Shown here: piece after piece, positions 1 to 12,099 of the stretch
Numbering within the stretch: the first letter of the stretch is position 1
How the letters are laid out: each line of letters begins with the position of its first letter
DNA from: Octopus sinensis
Taxonomy: Eukaryota
DNA: 64,000 nt
NCBI RefSeq assembly: GCF_006345805.1
Contig: NC_043008.1
Span: 67,952,001-68,016,000, forward strand
Reading direction: 5' to 3'
Notes under the pieces: model-generated
Told to the model about the DNA's origin: nothing
What the model saw: only the letters and a program-made list of their open reading frames with translations
Databases searched by the model: none
Program-made: the position numbers and the translations under genes

Positions 1-1032
1 CTAATGCTCTTAGCTTAGTTTTTTCTTTGGGGATGGCCAGATTGGAGCAATCTCGAGCATAACCAGCCGAAATTGCAAAGATAATCCGGAACTCAACTGA
101 GGATAGAAAACTTCGAATGACCCGTCCTTGTTCTCTTTGTATCGTCTATCTGGGTGTTTTGTTGCCCTTTTTTGTATTTTATATATACATACATACATAC
201 ATACATATATATACATGTATATGTATATATACATACATACACATATATATGCAACAACATACGTAAACAATATTTCTGCTGTTTTCCCAGCTATATATAT
301 ATATATATATATAATATATATAAATATATGCATATATACATACATATATGTACATACCTACATATATATGTATATAAACATGAATATATGGGTACAGGAC
401 ATCAAAAAAACGTTGAACACAATGCGAAACGAAAACATAAAAACAAAAACATAGAAAACGAACTTAATTTCAAACAACAACAAACAAACGAACAGAGAAA
501 CGAGACATGCAACATAAATAATATTCCCCTTCATCAGTTGTCTTGTTTCATCTACTACGCGTTCGACGGCAAGGACAATACGCGACTTCGTTGAAAAAGT
601 ACTTCCCGCAAAGTAAATGAAATAAAATTTGGGACTTTTTGCGGAACTGAACAGTGAGAACAAGACAGTAAAAACAAACGGTGAGGGCTGATAAGTGAGG
701 TCGACTTTGCCTTTCATCCTTTCGGGGTCGATAAATTAAGTCGATCTAATCGACTGCCCCCCCCCCAAAAAAAAAAAGTTCAAGCCTTGTGCCTAGAGTA
801 GAAAAGAATTATTGTATCATATTCTACTTGCCAATTTATACACTTATTAAATCATGCAGTAATTAAGAAATAATTCACTGATTATTGAATCATTCGCTAA
901 TTGTTAACTCATATTCTATTTGTCAAATATCTGCCACCAGGCAACTTACTCTGTATATCAATATACATACATACGTATATATATATATATATATAGATAT
1001 ATATATATGCATGTATGTAGACAAAACATGAT

Positions 1033-1372
1033 AGGTGCAGAGGTGGCTGTGTGGTAAAAAGCTTGCTTCTCAACCACTGGTCCAGGGTTCAGTCCCACTG
1101 CGTAGCACAAGTGTCTTCTGCTAAAGCCGCGGACCGATCAAATGAGTGCATTTGGTTGACGGAAACTGAAAGAAGCCTGTTGTGTGTGTGCGTGTGTGTG
1201 TGCGCGCGCGCGTGTCCTTGTGTCTGTGTTTTTCCACCATCACCATTCGACAACCGGTGCTGGAATGTTTACTTTCCTATAACTTATCGATTCGGCAAAA
1301 GATACCGATAGAATAAGTATCTTCAAGGCGGTGCCCCAGCTGCAGTCAAGTGACTGAAACAAGTAAAAGATA
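1033..1372 (+). mobile_element. SINE family A (tRNA-like head, central (GT/TA)n, ...GACTGAAACAAGTAAAAGA tail)
   Basis: Highly similar copies recur throughout the window in both orientations. Confidence 0.85.
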
Positions 1373-1449
1373 AAATAAATTTGTGTGTGTGTGCGCGTGC
1401 GGTTACGTGTGTGTGTGCGCGCGTACGTGTGCGTGCGTGTGTGTGTATA

Positions 1450-2640
1450 CGAGGTGGTATGAAAAGAGTCCCGGACTAGTTCTGTAGCGCGCCAACAGAT
1501 GGCAGCAGACGGCTGCGTGCGTAGTGAGAGCTAGCAGTGATCTTGCTGAGGCAGTGTGCCGAGTGACATCGTTGTGTTTACTTTGCAAGTTGTGAAATTT
1601 GTGTTTTTGTGATCACGTGTATGCTTCAGTCTATCAAGATTTCCGTCAGCGTGCCAATGATGACCCATCCTTCATGTCGAGGATTATCACCGGTGACGGG
1701 AGTTGGGTCTACGGGTACAACCCTGAGACAAAGCAGCAGTCATCACAATGGAAGAGCCCTTTATCTCCACAACCAAAGAAGGCACGACACAGCCGCAGCT
1801 CAGTCAAGAGCATGCTCATCGTTCTTTTATTTATTTTTTTTTTCGACATCCGTGGTATTGTGTATCGAGAATTCATCCTCCAAACCGTCAATTGAGAATT
1901 CTACTGCGATGTTTGAAGCATTTAAGAGAGGACATTCGGCGAAGGCGACCAGATCTTGGGTGGAGGCACACGGCCTAGTGGTTAGAGCAGCGGGATCGCG
2001 GTTGAGGGATCGCGGGTTCGAATCTCAGACCGGGCGATGTGTGTGTTTATGAGCGAAACACCTAAGTTCCACGCGGCTCCGGCAGAAGGTAATGGCGAAC
2101 TTCTGCTGACTCTTTCGCCACAACTTTCTCTCAATCTTGCCTCCTGCATCTTGCAGCTCACCTGCGACGGACCGGCGTTCCGTCCAGGTGGGGAACCTAT
2201 ACGCCAAAGAAACCGGGAAACCGGCCCTAATGAGCCAGGCATGGCTCGAGAAGGAAGGCCACCAGATCTGGAGAGCGCGAAAATTCGATTCTTCACGACG
2301 ACAATGCACCCTATCATCTAGCTCTCCTCACCCGTGAGTTTCTCATCAAAGCCAACGTGGCATCGCTTCTGCACCCGCCCTATTCCCCAGATTTAGCACC
2401 TGAAGACTTCCGTCTCTTCCCCAAGATGAAAATGCAGCTCAAAAGTCACCGTTTTAACACCGTTGTCGAAATCCAGAACGAATCGCAAAAGGTCCTCGAC
2501 CCGCTTCCGGAAAACGACTTCTAGACTGGATTCCAAAAGTGACAAGAACGCTAGGACCGGTGTAGTGCTGCGCAAGGTAACTATTTCGAAGGAAATTATG
2601 TTAAAACCTAAGTAAATAAGTTATATTTTAGAAAATTACT
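1450..2640 (+). mobile_element. Internally deleted, decayed mariner (DD34D-type) transposon, interrupted by a SINE
   Basis: TA|CGAGGTGGTATGAAAAG left end. Transposase remnants IITGDGSWVYGYNPETKQQSSQW and YSPDLAPEDF (YSPDLAP at 2381-2401), with stops and frameshifts. No right TIR found. Confidence 0.85.
1961..2253 (+). mobile_element. tRNA-derived SINE (family D), young copy inserted in the mariner ORF
   Basis: tRNA-like head with A box (TGGCCTAGTGG-like) and B box (GGTTCGAATC). 16-bp TSD GAAGGC(G/C)ACCAGATCT at 1941-1956 and 2254-2269. A second copy lies at 39448-39725. Confidence 0.9.
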
Positions 2641-2680
2641 ATTTTCAAAATCTCACAGCGTGAGATATTCCGCAACAGTA

Positions 2681-3022
2681 ACTTGTAGTAAAGATTGTTT
2701 GCCAACATAACATGGCAGTCCTGGTTTAGGACTAATGTTGCTGTAATTTAGCCCCAGGAGACATTGTCTCCAGCTGGTTATACGACACAATCTGTGTCCT
2801 TATATATTCTGTGTGGATGAAGAGAAATAACCCAGAAATCGTGATACACAGATATTGTTTTGAGCTGAGTAGGGATGCTAGATTCCCTTGTTCGAAAATA
2901 TAAGGACACAGATCATGTCGTATAGCCAGCTGGAGACGATGTCTCCTGGGGCTAAATTACAGCAGCATTAGTCCTAAACCAGGACTACCGTGTGATGTTG
3001 GCAAACAATCTTTACTACAAGT
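2681..3022. mobile_element. Foldback / MITE with ~125-bp terminal inverted repeats, TA-flanked
   Basis: 2681-2805 is the near-perfect reverse complement of 2898-3022. TA dinucleotides lie at 2679-2680 and 3023-3024. Confidence 0.85.
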
Positions 3023-3029
3023 TATATTT

Positions 3030-3400
3030 TATTAAACTTTTTGATGCCATCTCGTATATAACACATACAACATTCAGACCAGAACACTCCTTACTTCAAG
3101 GAGAGGGTCTACAACAGATTCAAAAACTTTGGCTGGCAGTATTGCTCATTTCACCTGTGCTGAACAACATCGGAACCAAGGATAGTCCGTATAATTTTGG
3201 CCTTCACAATACTACGGTTTTCCCCTCTCTTAACAATACAACTCTTACATTAAAACGGATACAGCTGTAAATACTTCAACCAGGCTAAAACTCTTTTATT
3301 TTCCGATTTGTTGAGGATTTGATATTTGATTTCATCTTCCGTCTTTCTTCTATATGCATCTGCCACATCCGTGATGAAATATTTTTTTCTCCTCTTTCCA
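3030..3400 (-). mobile_element. Decayed 3' end of a non-LTR retrotransposon (possibly R4/Dong-like)
   Basis: Minus-strand remnant ending ...AKIIRTILGS, resembling the C-terminus of restriction-like-endonuclease LINEs. Many stops. Confidence 0.35.
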
Positions 3401-3643
3401 GTTCCGGAATTCCATCTCTACTATCTTTCGTACATCAAATGTCAATCACGTAGAAAATTATGGATTTAGCTACAAAGTCACAAGATCTCCAAAGTACCTG
3501 CTACTCTGTTTTCTCCAAGTCTCACATAATTGCCTAAGTTTCACTCATTTTGGTCTCATTCATTCGTGTATTCAAGGCAGTGCCAATGCAACAATAACGT
3601 AAATATTTGTGTCGGGACTTCGCTTAGTTATAGCTTGAAAATT

Positions 3644-3889
3644 GTATGTATGTATGTATGTATGTATGTATGTATGTATGTATGTATGTATGTATGTATG
3701 TATGTATGTATGTATGTATGTATGTATGTATGTATGTATGTATGTATGTATGTATGTATGTATGTATGTATGTATGTATGTATGTATGTATGTATGTATG
3801 TATGTATGTATGTATGTATGTATGTATGTATGTATGTATGTATGCATGCATGCATGCATGCATGCATGTAGACAGACAGACAGACAGAC

Positions 3890-3928
<39 letters not shown>

Positions 3929-3955
3929 GATAGATAGATAGATATGTACGTATGC
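3644..3955. repeat. Compound tetranucleotide microsatellite (TATG)n(CATG)n(GACA)n(GATA)n
   Basis: Directly visible; explains the MYVC/TYIH pseudo-ORFs. Confidence 0.97.
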
Positions 3956-4107
3956 ATGTACCTGTGTGCGAAGGTGTGCAGCCTAATCGTTAGGGACTAT
4001 GGACACCTGTACATATAGGTGTGCACGTGTATATGTACTGAATCAAAGGGGTAGTTAAGATGGAACAGAGATTAGAATCACAAAAGGCGTATACTTATTG
4101 CCTGGTA

Positions 4108-4524
4108 TACTCTTTACTCTTTTCTCTTTTACTTGTTTCAGTCATTTGACTGCGGCCATGCTGGAGCACCGCCTTTTAGTCGAGCAAATCGACCCCGGGA
4201 CTTATTCTTTGTAAGCCCAGTACTTATTCTATCAGTCTCTTTTGCCGAACCGCTAAGTTACGGGGACGTAAACACACCAGCATCGGTTGTCAAGCAATGC
4301 TAGGGGGACAAACACAGACACACAAACACACACACACATATATATATATACATATATACAACGGGCTTCTTTCAGTTTCCGTCTACCAAATCCACTCACA
4401 AGGCATTGGTCGGCCCGGGACTATAGTAGAAGACACTTGCCCAAGATGCCACGCAGTGGGACTGAACCCGGAACCATGTGGTTGTTTAGCAAGCTACTTA
4501 CCACACAGCCACTCCTGCGCCTAT
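4108..4524 (-). mobile_element. SINE family A, full-length, CpG-intact copy
   Basis: Reverse complement of the family A consensus seen at 18252-18630. A near-identical partial copy lies at ~6534-6850. Confidence 0.9.
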
Positions 4525-4849
4525 GTGTATAAACGCAAACATAGGTGTCTTTATATATATGCGTATGCATCGCCGTGGCATGCTAGCAAATAGCGATTCA
4601 ATTCGTCTCAGGTTCGATTCAGGTGCGTGATATTGATTAGCCACAAAAATTGCGAAATGCCACATATATTTGAATGTGGGTACATATATGTGTATACACG
4701 CGCACACACATATACTCACACGCATACACACATACACACTCATATGCCGCCAAACTCACAAAGAAACATTTTCTTTATATATACGAAACGTTTCTTCCAA
4801 ACATTATGTGTGGTGGTGGTGGTGCTATGTTGTATGTCTATGTGCGTGC

Positions 4850-4958
4850 GTGCGTGCCTGAGTGCGTGCGGGCGTGCAGGCGTGCGTGCGTGCGTGCCTG
4901 AGTACGTGCGGGCGTGCAGGCGTGCGTGCGTGCGTGCCTGAGTGCGTGCGGGCGTGCA
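4850..4958. repeat. ~40-bp GC-rich minisatellite (GTGCGTGCGTGCCTGAGTGCGTGCGGGCGTGCAGGC-like), ~2.7 copies
   Basis: Directly visible tandem units. Confidence 0.85.
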
Positions 4959-5290
4959 TGTGTTTGTACAGCCTGACTTACAAATTATACATGATCCTAA
5001 CCGCAGCAAAGCAGAATGGGGTCCAATCTGAACAAAGTTGTGATTCTTCTGTTGTGAGAAAACCCATATGTTCATTCTCTCTGGAGGTTAATAACCCGAA
5101 AATTGTTTTTTCGGGTTTAAAGCACTACTAGAAATAATATATTCTAATTCAAGAGTTTGGTAATTATTCATATGGCATTTTACGTAATTATATTTTGAAG
5201 TGGAGTATCTAAGAAATCTCATATTTGAAGAGTATGATTCTCTCACTCTCTCTTTCTCTCTCTCACACTCTCTCTTTCTCTTTCTCTCCC

Positions 5291-5328
<38 letters not shown>

Positions 5329-5406
5329 TTCCCACTTCCACATTAAGTTAAATTCCTGGCAACATTTGAGACTAGCAGTGCATGCTAACAGATTCTTCAT
5401 CTATCC

Positions 5407-5727
5407 CAGTGGTTCCCAACAGGGGTCCACGTGACACCTAGGGATCCCTATAAGATTTAGGGGATGTTCTTACAAGCAAAATAGCAAGTTGGAGATTTCA
5501 AAGGTCCATGATAAAAACTTTACTTTGGGTGTATTTATCACAAGAAACAGGTAGATTTCTTTCTCGAACATTTAACATTAGAAGTTAATGTATGAAGAGC
5601 AAAATGGGAATTTTTAAATAAGTATCTATAAGACTAGTTTCTAAACATTGGATGGCCGTGGTGTCCACCGGGATAAGATGGTAATCAAAGAGATCTGTAG
5701 ACAAAACAAAATGGTTGAGAATCACTG
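5407..5727. mobile_element. hAT-type MITE
   Basis: Termini CAGTGGTTCCCAAC / GTTGAGAATCACTG. Degenerate 8-bp TSD ATCTATCC / GTCCATCC (6/8). Confidence 0.7.
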
Positions 5728-5862
5728 GTCCATCCAGTCAATCAACCACCATCTGATGCTTACAGTGGTGAATCTGTTCCTCCACATGATACATAGATGC
5801 AGCTAGTTGAAGAAGGGGCTTCAGTAGATAACTGTCGGTTATTTGTCACACACACACGCACG

Positions 5863-5921
<59 letters not shown>

Positions 5922-6077
5922 GCACCGCTGATAATATGACCTAAACCAAGTGACCTCGCTGTCTAGAAACTGTCGAAAACATTACAAGTCACGTAGTCTG
6001 GCAGCATCTGCTTGCAAGCGTGAAATGTCTTTTATATATATATTATAATAAGATATATATATTATATATATATATAC

Positions 6078-6114
<37 letters not shown>

Positions 6115-6152
6115 CGAGAGAGAAAGCGATAGATAGATAGATAGACAGACAG

Positions 6153-6220
<68 letters not shown>

Positions 6221-6741
6221 CTCTGTGTGACTAATAAAGAAACATATATGTATATACATATATATATGTATATACATATATATGACGGGTCAATACTCTG
6301 AAACTCGAGTCCGTGTGTATCATAAGTTGAAGACGGGAAGGATGGCTTCCCTTTGTAAATACTGATAGGGCACAGAAAGTGTGTCTATAGCCTACTGGAG
6401 GAGGTGTCCTCCTGGGGCTACAAACTACAGTAGCATTCACCCTTAGGGGTTAGCCATATTCAAATGGCAAATATACGTCACGATGTGTTACTGCTACTGT
6501 TTATAACTCGCTCTGAGATTTATCATTATATATATACTCTCTCTTTTACTCTTTTACTTGTTTCAGTCATTTGACTGCGGCCATGCTGGAGCACCGCCTT
6601 TAGTCGAGCAAATCGACCCCGAGACTTATTCTTTGTAAGCCCAGTACTTACTCTATCGGTCTCTTTTGCCGAACCGCTAAGTGACGGGGACGTAAACACA
6701 CCAGCATCGGTTGTCAAGCAATGCTAGGGGGACAAACACAA

Positions 6742-6772
<31 letters not shown>

Positions 6773-7181
6773 CGACGGGCTTCTTTCAGTTTCCGTCTAC
6801 CAAATCCACTCACAAGGCATTGGTCGGCCCGGGGCTATAGCAGAAGACACCATATATATATATATATAAAGAGAGAGACGGGGGCATCTCTGTATTATAC
6901 TTAGTGTATAATACACACTGTCGATATACCAGTCACTGCGGTTTTATCCTGTGATAACATTTCTTACAATGGACTTGATATGTTAAAAAATAATGACTGT
7001 CAGAGAAAGAGGAAAACCTGTCCCAGCAGCGACCCGAGATTATGCGCCATTGAAAAGATCCAAGAAGGCTGAAATGTCTCCGACACTCCCGCTGGCTGTT
7101 GGTGAGACAAATTTCTCTCTCTCCCTCTCTTTCTCTCTTTTTCTATCTATCTATTTAGCTATCTATCTATTTATTTATCTT

Positions 7182-7244
<63 letters not shown>

Positions 7245-7405
7245 CTCTTTCTGACAGTTATTGTTTTTTAATACAGTAAGTAAACCCATAAAAGATGCTA
7301 TCTTAGGACAAAAACTGCAGTAGGTCGCCTATGAAAAGTGTGTATACATTAAGTATGATACATAAGTGGATATTTTAATTAAATACTGCCTCAGTTGCGT
7401 ATACC

Positions 7406-7439
<34 letters not shown>

Positions 7440-8118
7440 GTATATACGTATATGTACATACTTACATCTATACATATATGCATATGTGGGCAACAGGACG
7501 TCACGAAATGTGTAGAACAAAAAATACGAAACACGAGTACATGGAACATGAACTATTCTTTCGAACAACGAAAGACACAAATGGAAAACAAAATAAACAA
7601 CATAAAGAACGACCCTTCATCAGTTGTTGGCTGTTTTTCTAGTCTCCTATTTCGAGCATTTAACAACAATATACGCTTTCGATAAAACAATTGCTACAGC
7701 AAAGAAAATTAAATAAAATTTGGGATTTTGCAGAGAGTCAAAATTGGTAATTCAAACAGGACAATGAAAATAAATAAGAAGGGCTGCTAACCCTAAACGA
7801 GGTTGTGGTAACGAACGCGTAATTCAAGCTTGGACAGGAGACAAATACGAACACGTCTACCTTGTTCCAGCTACAACGAAGAGAAAGAAAGATGGCCAAT
7901 GGTCACATGGGAGCCACGTGAGCAAGGGATGAGGAGTGAAGGAGAGAGAGTGACAGAGTAATAGGATAGAGTAGTGGGAGAAGAGGAGGTAAAAGAATAA
8001 GAGTGAGAAAGAGAGAAAAGCAAAAGAGTAAAAAGATCGTATAGAGTGCGCATCAGAATTATTAAAACAAAACTTACTTGGAAGAGGATTCGTGGCATTC
8101 AATCATATAATAGTATAT

Positions 8119-8455
8119 ATAGGCGCAAGCGTGGCTATGTGGTAAGAAGCTTGCTTCCCAACTACATGGTTCCTTGTTCAGTCCCTCTGAGTGATACCTT
8201 GGGCTACTATCTTCTACTGTAGCCTCGGGCCGACCAAAGCGTTGCGAGTGGATTTGGTAGACGGAAATGAAAGAAACCCGTCATGTATTTGTGTTTTTGT
8301 GCCTGTGTTTGTCCCCCACCACTGCTGGACAATCGGTGTTTGTGTGTTCACACCCCTTAACTTAACGGTTTGACAATAGAGATCGAGAGATAATGCCAGG
8401 CTTAACAAAAAAACATAAGTGCCGGGGTCGATTCCTTTGACTAAAATTCTTCAAA
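8119..8455 (+). mobile_element. SINE family A, diverged but CpG-retaining copy
   Basis: Similarity to the family A copies. Confidence 0.8.
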
Positions 8456-8467
8456 GGAAAAAATGGT

Positions 8468-8522
<55 letters not shown>

Positions 8523-8593
8523 GTGTGTGTGTGTGTGTGTTGTGTGTGTGTGTGTGTGCGTGTGTGCGTGCGTGTGTTTGTGTGTGTGTGTGT

Positions 8594-8624
<31 letters not shown>

Positions 8625-8783
8625 TGTGTGTGTGTGTGTCTTGAGAAAAGTATCCAGTGCACTCTTTTAAGTGATTTCGTTTAGGAAAGACATTCAGCCT
8701 TTAAAACCATTTTACATTATGAACAGGAGCTCGACGTGTCCGAACACTCGTCGGATTAAGTCGGACTATCCAAACTATTGGGA

Positions 8784-11705
8784 TGTTATGAGCTGAGGTA
8801 ACGTGCGCGATAAGAAATTGAAGTGAAGAGCCGTATACCTACTTCCAGCAAGAGAAGTAGGTATTGCCAACGTGCCGGTAGAGTAAGAGATGAGTGGAGA
8901 AAGTAAACGATCTCCATATTGAGCAAATCTTGCTTCTGCTTCCTTCTCACTGTTTAACCTACTACTTTTATTCTCAGTTCACCTAATTCTCGCCACAAAC
9001 TAATTTGGTTCATAACCATATGAATATATCGGGCAAGATGAAAACCACTAGTGATGTATTATAACAGAAAGATGTGGCTGCGTGAATGAAGGCTAGATTG
9101 GTCGCGAAACTGCACAGTATTGGAAATTTGGCGAGTTTCGTACCATATCTTTAAAAAAGCTGGCGTTGGGCTGTATCTTGGAAAAAACGAAGCCCAGCTA
9201 GATGCGGAGAAAATACAAGCCAGGTTAAAGGAAGTTTTTACGGAAAGAACGTTTGTAACCTGCAGCAGCCTAGGGAGAGCAAAATAGACTGACGAATATG
9301 TGGATGTGTTCGCCAACGGGGTCAGAAAATTGGTAAGACTGGCTGGATACACTGTCTACTAGCTAGAGAGGAGAGGAGAGCTGCCGTTTGTGACTGGTTT
9401 CTCTGATTATATTTCAGCTACAGCAGTTTCCGGACATCTAATCCATTGCTATGGAGGATTTAATGACCAGAGCCAGAGTACTAACGACAAACTGAGCAGA
9501 AAACGTTACGTCAGTGGCTATAGTGGGGCAGAGTGCAGTGAGAGAGCAAGCTGAGAGCAGCGTGGAGTTGGAAGAGGAAAGCGAGTGCAACCTTTTAAAG
9601 AGCAATGTTTCAGATGTCATGAGCCGCTCATGATCAAAGATTGCAAGGAGCCCAAACTGAAATTGGTATGTTACTAGTATGACCAAATTCGTCATAAAGC
9701 GACCTACTGTAATCAGTGGGATGAGGTTACTGCGTCAGCAGTTGCCCCGTTAACCATGTAGAGGTTCTCCTTCATTCGTTTCAAGAGGTGGAAGTTCTTA
9801 TGGAGAAATATCCTGGTCGATACAGGCTGCACAACCACTCCGGTGAATTCCAGACTGGCAGATAGCTGAAGTGAGATGAGCAGTTGATGGAAGAGTAGTT
9901 CGTTGTAAGAGTTACCAGCATTAAGGAGTTGGCGGTAAGCGGAACGCGATGGGTTGATGTTGCGATGGAGATGAATGTAATTGGCGGTCTGGGAGGCGTC
10001 CTGCTCGGTGGGGAAAGGACAGAGTTTAGACGGCATGATGTATCATAAATGTGCAGCAGAAGAGTCAGGACAGAGGAATTGGCAAAGTGCGCCGAGGAGA
10101 GGTAGATGTTCCTTGAAAGATTAAGAACAAGGAGTTTTATGCAGTTTTCCACGGCAAGTGATGGACAGTTGAATGAATCTGGAAAGGTGAGCCTCCAGTG
10201 CTGAAGAATAAAATGAGCTGTTATGAGAGCTCTTTAAAAGAGTTGTGTGAGAGCTGAATTTGAGAGGGAGACGGTGAGAAGTATTGAGGGAAATATTCTA
10301 ATGCTTTGGAGTGCAGAAGGGAAGAGTGGGGTCCTGCCACTGATCACAGTTGTTCAATCAACGAAGAATGAAATCTAGCCAGTGCTGGATTTTCGGGAGC
10401 TGAATGATCATGTGGCATGTCATACTGATGGAGAGTTCATGTATGTGGGAAGACCTTCAGAGAGTGAAGATACATGATGAAGTATTCCATGATAGTAGAT
10501 TTGAAGTCAGCCTATCTACAGCTTCACGTGACCAAAAAGTGAAAATACCAACGGATGAAGTACAGGGTAAGACTTATTATTTGACTCATAAGGGATTTGG
10601 ACTGAACTCTGATCATGGCAACAGTCCTCCAAGCGATATTGGGAAGGTAGACTGAGCGAAAGGGGCCGTTAACTCCTATATTGATAACATATTAGTGCAC
10701 GATACAGTGATGACGGTAGCAGAAGTCGTAGATCATCTAAAGAAATTTGGACTAGCTCCGAAACGACTGGAATCTATGATAAAACAAGTAGTGTTAGGAT
10801 AGCGGCTGGCGAAAGGCAGGTCAGATGAGATAGTTTCAGAGAGGAAATAAGATTACAGAATTGAAGGATGACCTAAATCGTCGAGAGCGGTTTTTTGATG
10901 TGCGGGAAACTTATGAGTCACTACCCTATCGTTAGATGACACCAAAATGCATGTAGCTATATGGAAAGAAGAGCAGATAATGGTAGCTGAGGAAAGAACG
11001 TTGGAGAGACGAAAGTTGCAATGATGGTTTCTCTTTGAGATGGTGACAAAAGAGGATCCAGTAACAGGAAACTTGTATGTGCCTATGTCAAAGAGGGATG
11101 ATGTACTGTGCAATGCTAGTAGCATAGCAATAGAAGTTGTCCTTGAAATAAGTAAATTTAAGACAGAGAATACAGCCTGGCTTAGAACGAAAAGAAGATT
11201 ACTACCTAATCAATGTATTCTATTTGGATGCTGTGTTGACAGGAATAAATTTGACATTCAAATAGGGGTTGCGCAATGTCCAAATCCGAATTGATTCGGC
11301 AGCTGTACATGAGAGGGTGAGATAAGTCATTACATGTGAAAAGAGAATCCCAGCAAAGAGAGCTGCAGAAGTGATTGTAAAGTAACTTATGATCCTAGGA
11401 CACTTGACCCAAGATTTTGACCAGTCGCTGCGAGTAGTCCTTGTACCTTGGAGTATCAGAGGTTTCGAACGGGGGCAGAACATTAATTTCGGCCGGGATT
11501 TTGACACCAGTGTAGTTAGGGAAAGTGTGCATAAGCTAGTTAGAAACTATGGCAGATGTCAATCATTCGAGCGAGAAGCAATTAGAAGTGGTTGCCGATG
11601 GATGTGACGCACTGTCAGCAAGGGTTGTAGTTCACTATGATTGACCGCAGGTATGGACGAGTAGCTATATAAGAAGAGAACAGAGGCTGCAACTGAAAGT
11701 ACTAG
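8784..11705 (+). mobile_element. Decayed Ty3/Gypsy LTR retrotransposon (putative 5' LTR 8784-~9018, gag-pol remnants, no 3' LTR seen)
   Basis: LTR-like ends TGTTATGAG...TTCATAAC(C)A. Two degenerate zinc knuckles (CFRCHEPLMIKDC 9606-9644; CY*YDQIRHKATYC). Protease ILVDTG 9810-9827; RT VLDFRELNDHV ~10382 and YIDNILV ~10680; RNase H LCNASSIAIEVVL ~11106. Order PR-RT-RH-(IN). Many stops and frameshifts. Confidence 0.85.
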
Positions 11706-11715
11706 AGTTTTGAAC

Positions 11716-11749
<34 letters not shown>

Positions 11750-11945
11750 GTTGTGTTTGTCCCGCACCGCCGCTTGTCAACCGGTGTTGGTTTGTTTACG
11801 CCTCTGTAACTTAGTGGTTTGGCAAAAAAACCGATAGAATAAGTACCAGACTTTAAAAAAGTAAGTACTGGGGGTCGATTTGTTCGACTAAACCCTTGAA
11901 AGCAGTGCCCCAGTATAGCTGCAGTCCAGTGACTAAAGTAGAAGG

Positions 11946-12076
<131 letters not shown>

Positions 12077-12099
12077 TTAGTTAATAACAGTTTGATTTG

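Noticed and set aside
553-598. Hammerhead-like relic on the minus strand (TCAACGA...CGTC-GAAC-GCG), and a similar one near 7645-7690
   Set aside because: Too many core mismatches (no CUGA, GAAC instead of GAAAC) to support from these copies alone.
10-717. ORFs of 108-146 aa at the window start, and similar MYVC/YIYI/THTH/LSLS ORFs throughout
   Set aside because: They are translations of (TA)n, (TATG)n, (CA)n and (CT)n microsatellites or of SINEs; no coding signal.
1961-2040. tRNA-like sequences at SINE heads (also 39448, 33906, 18252)
   Set aside because: They are A/B-box heads continuing into SINE bodies with TSDs, not tRNA genes.
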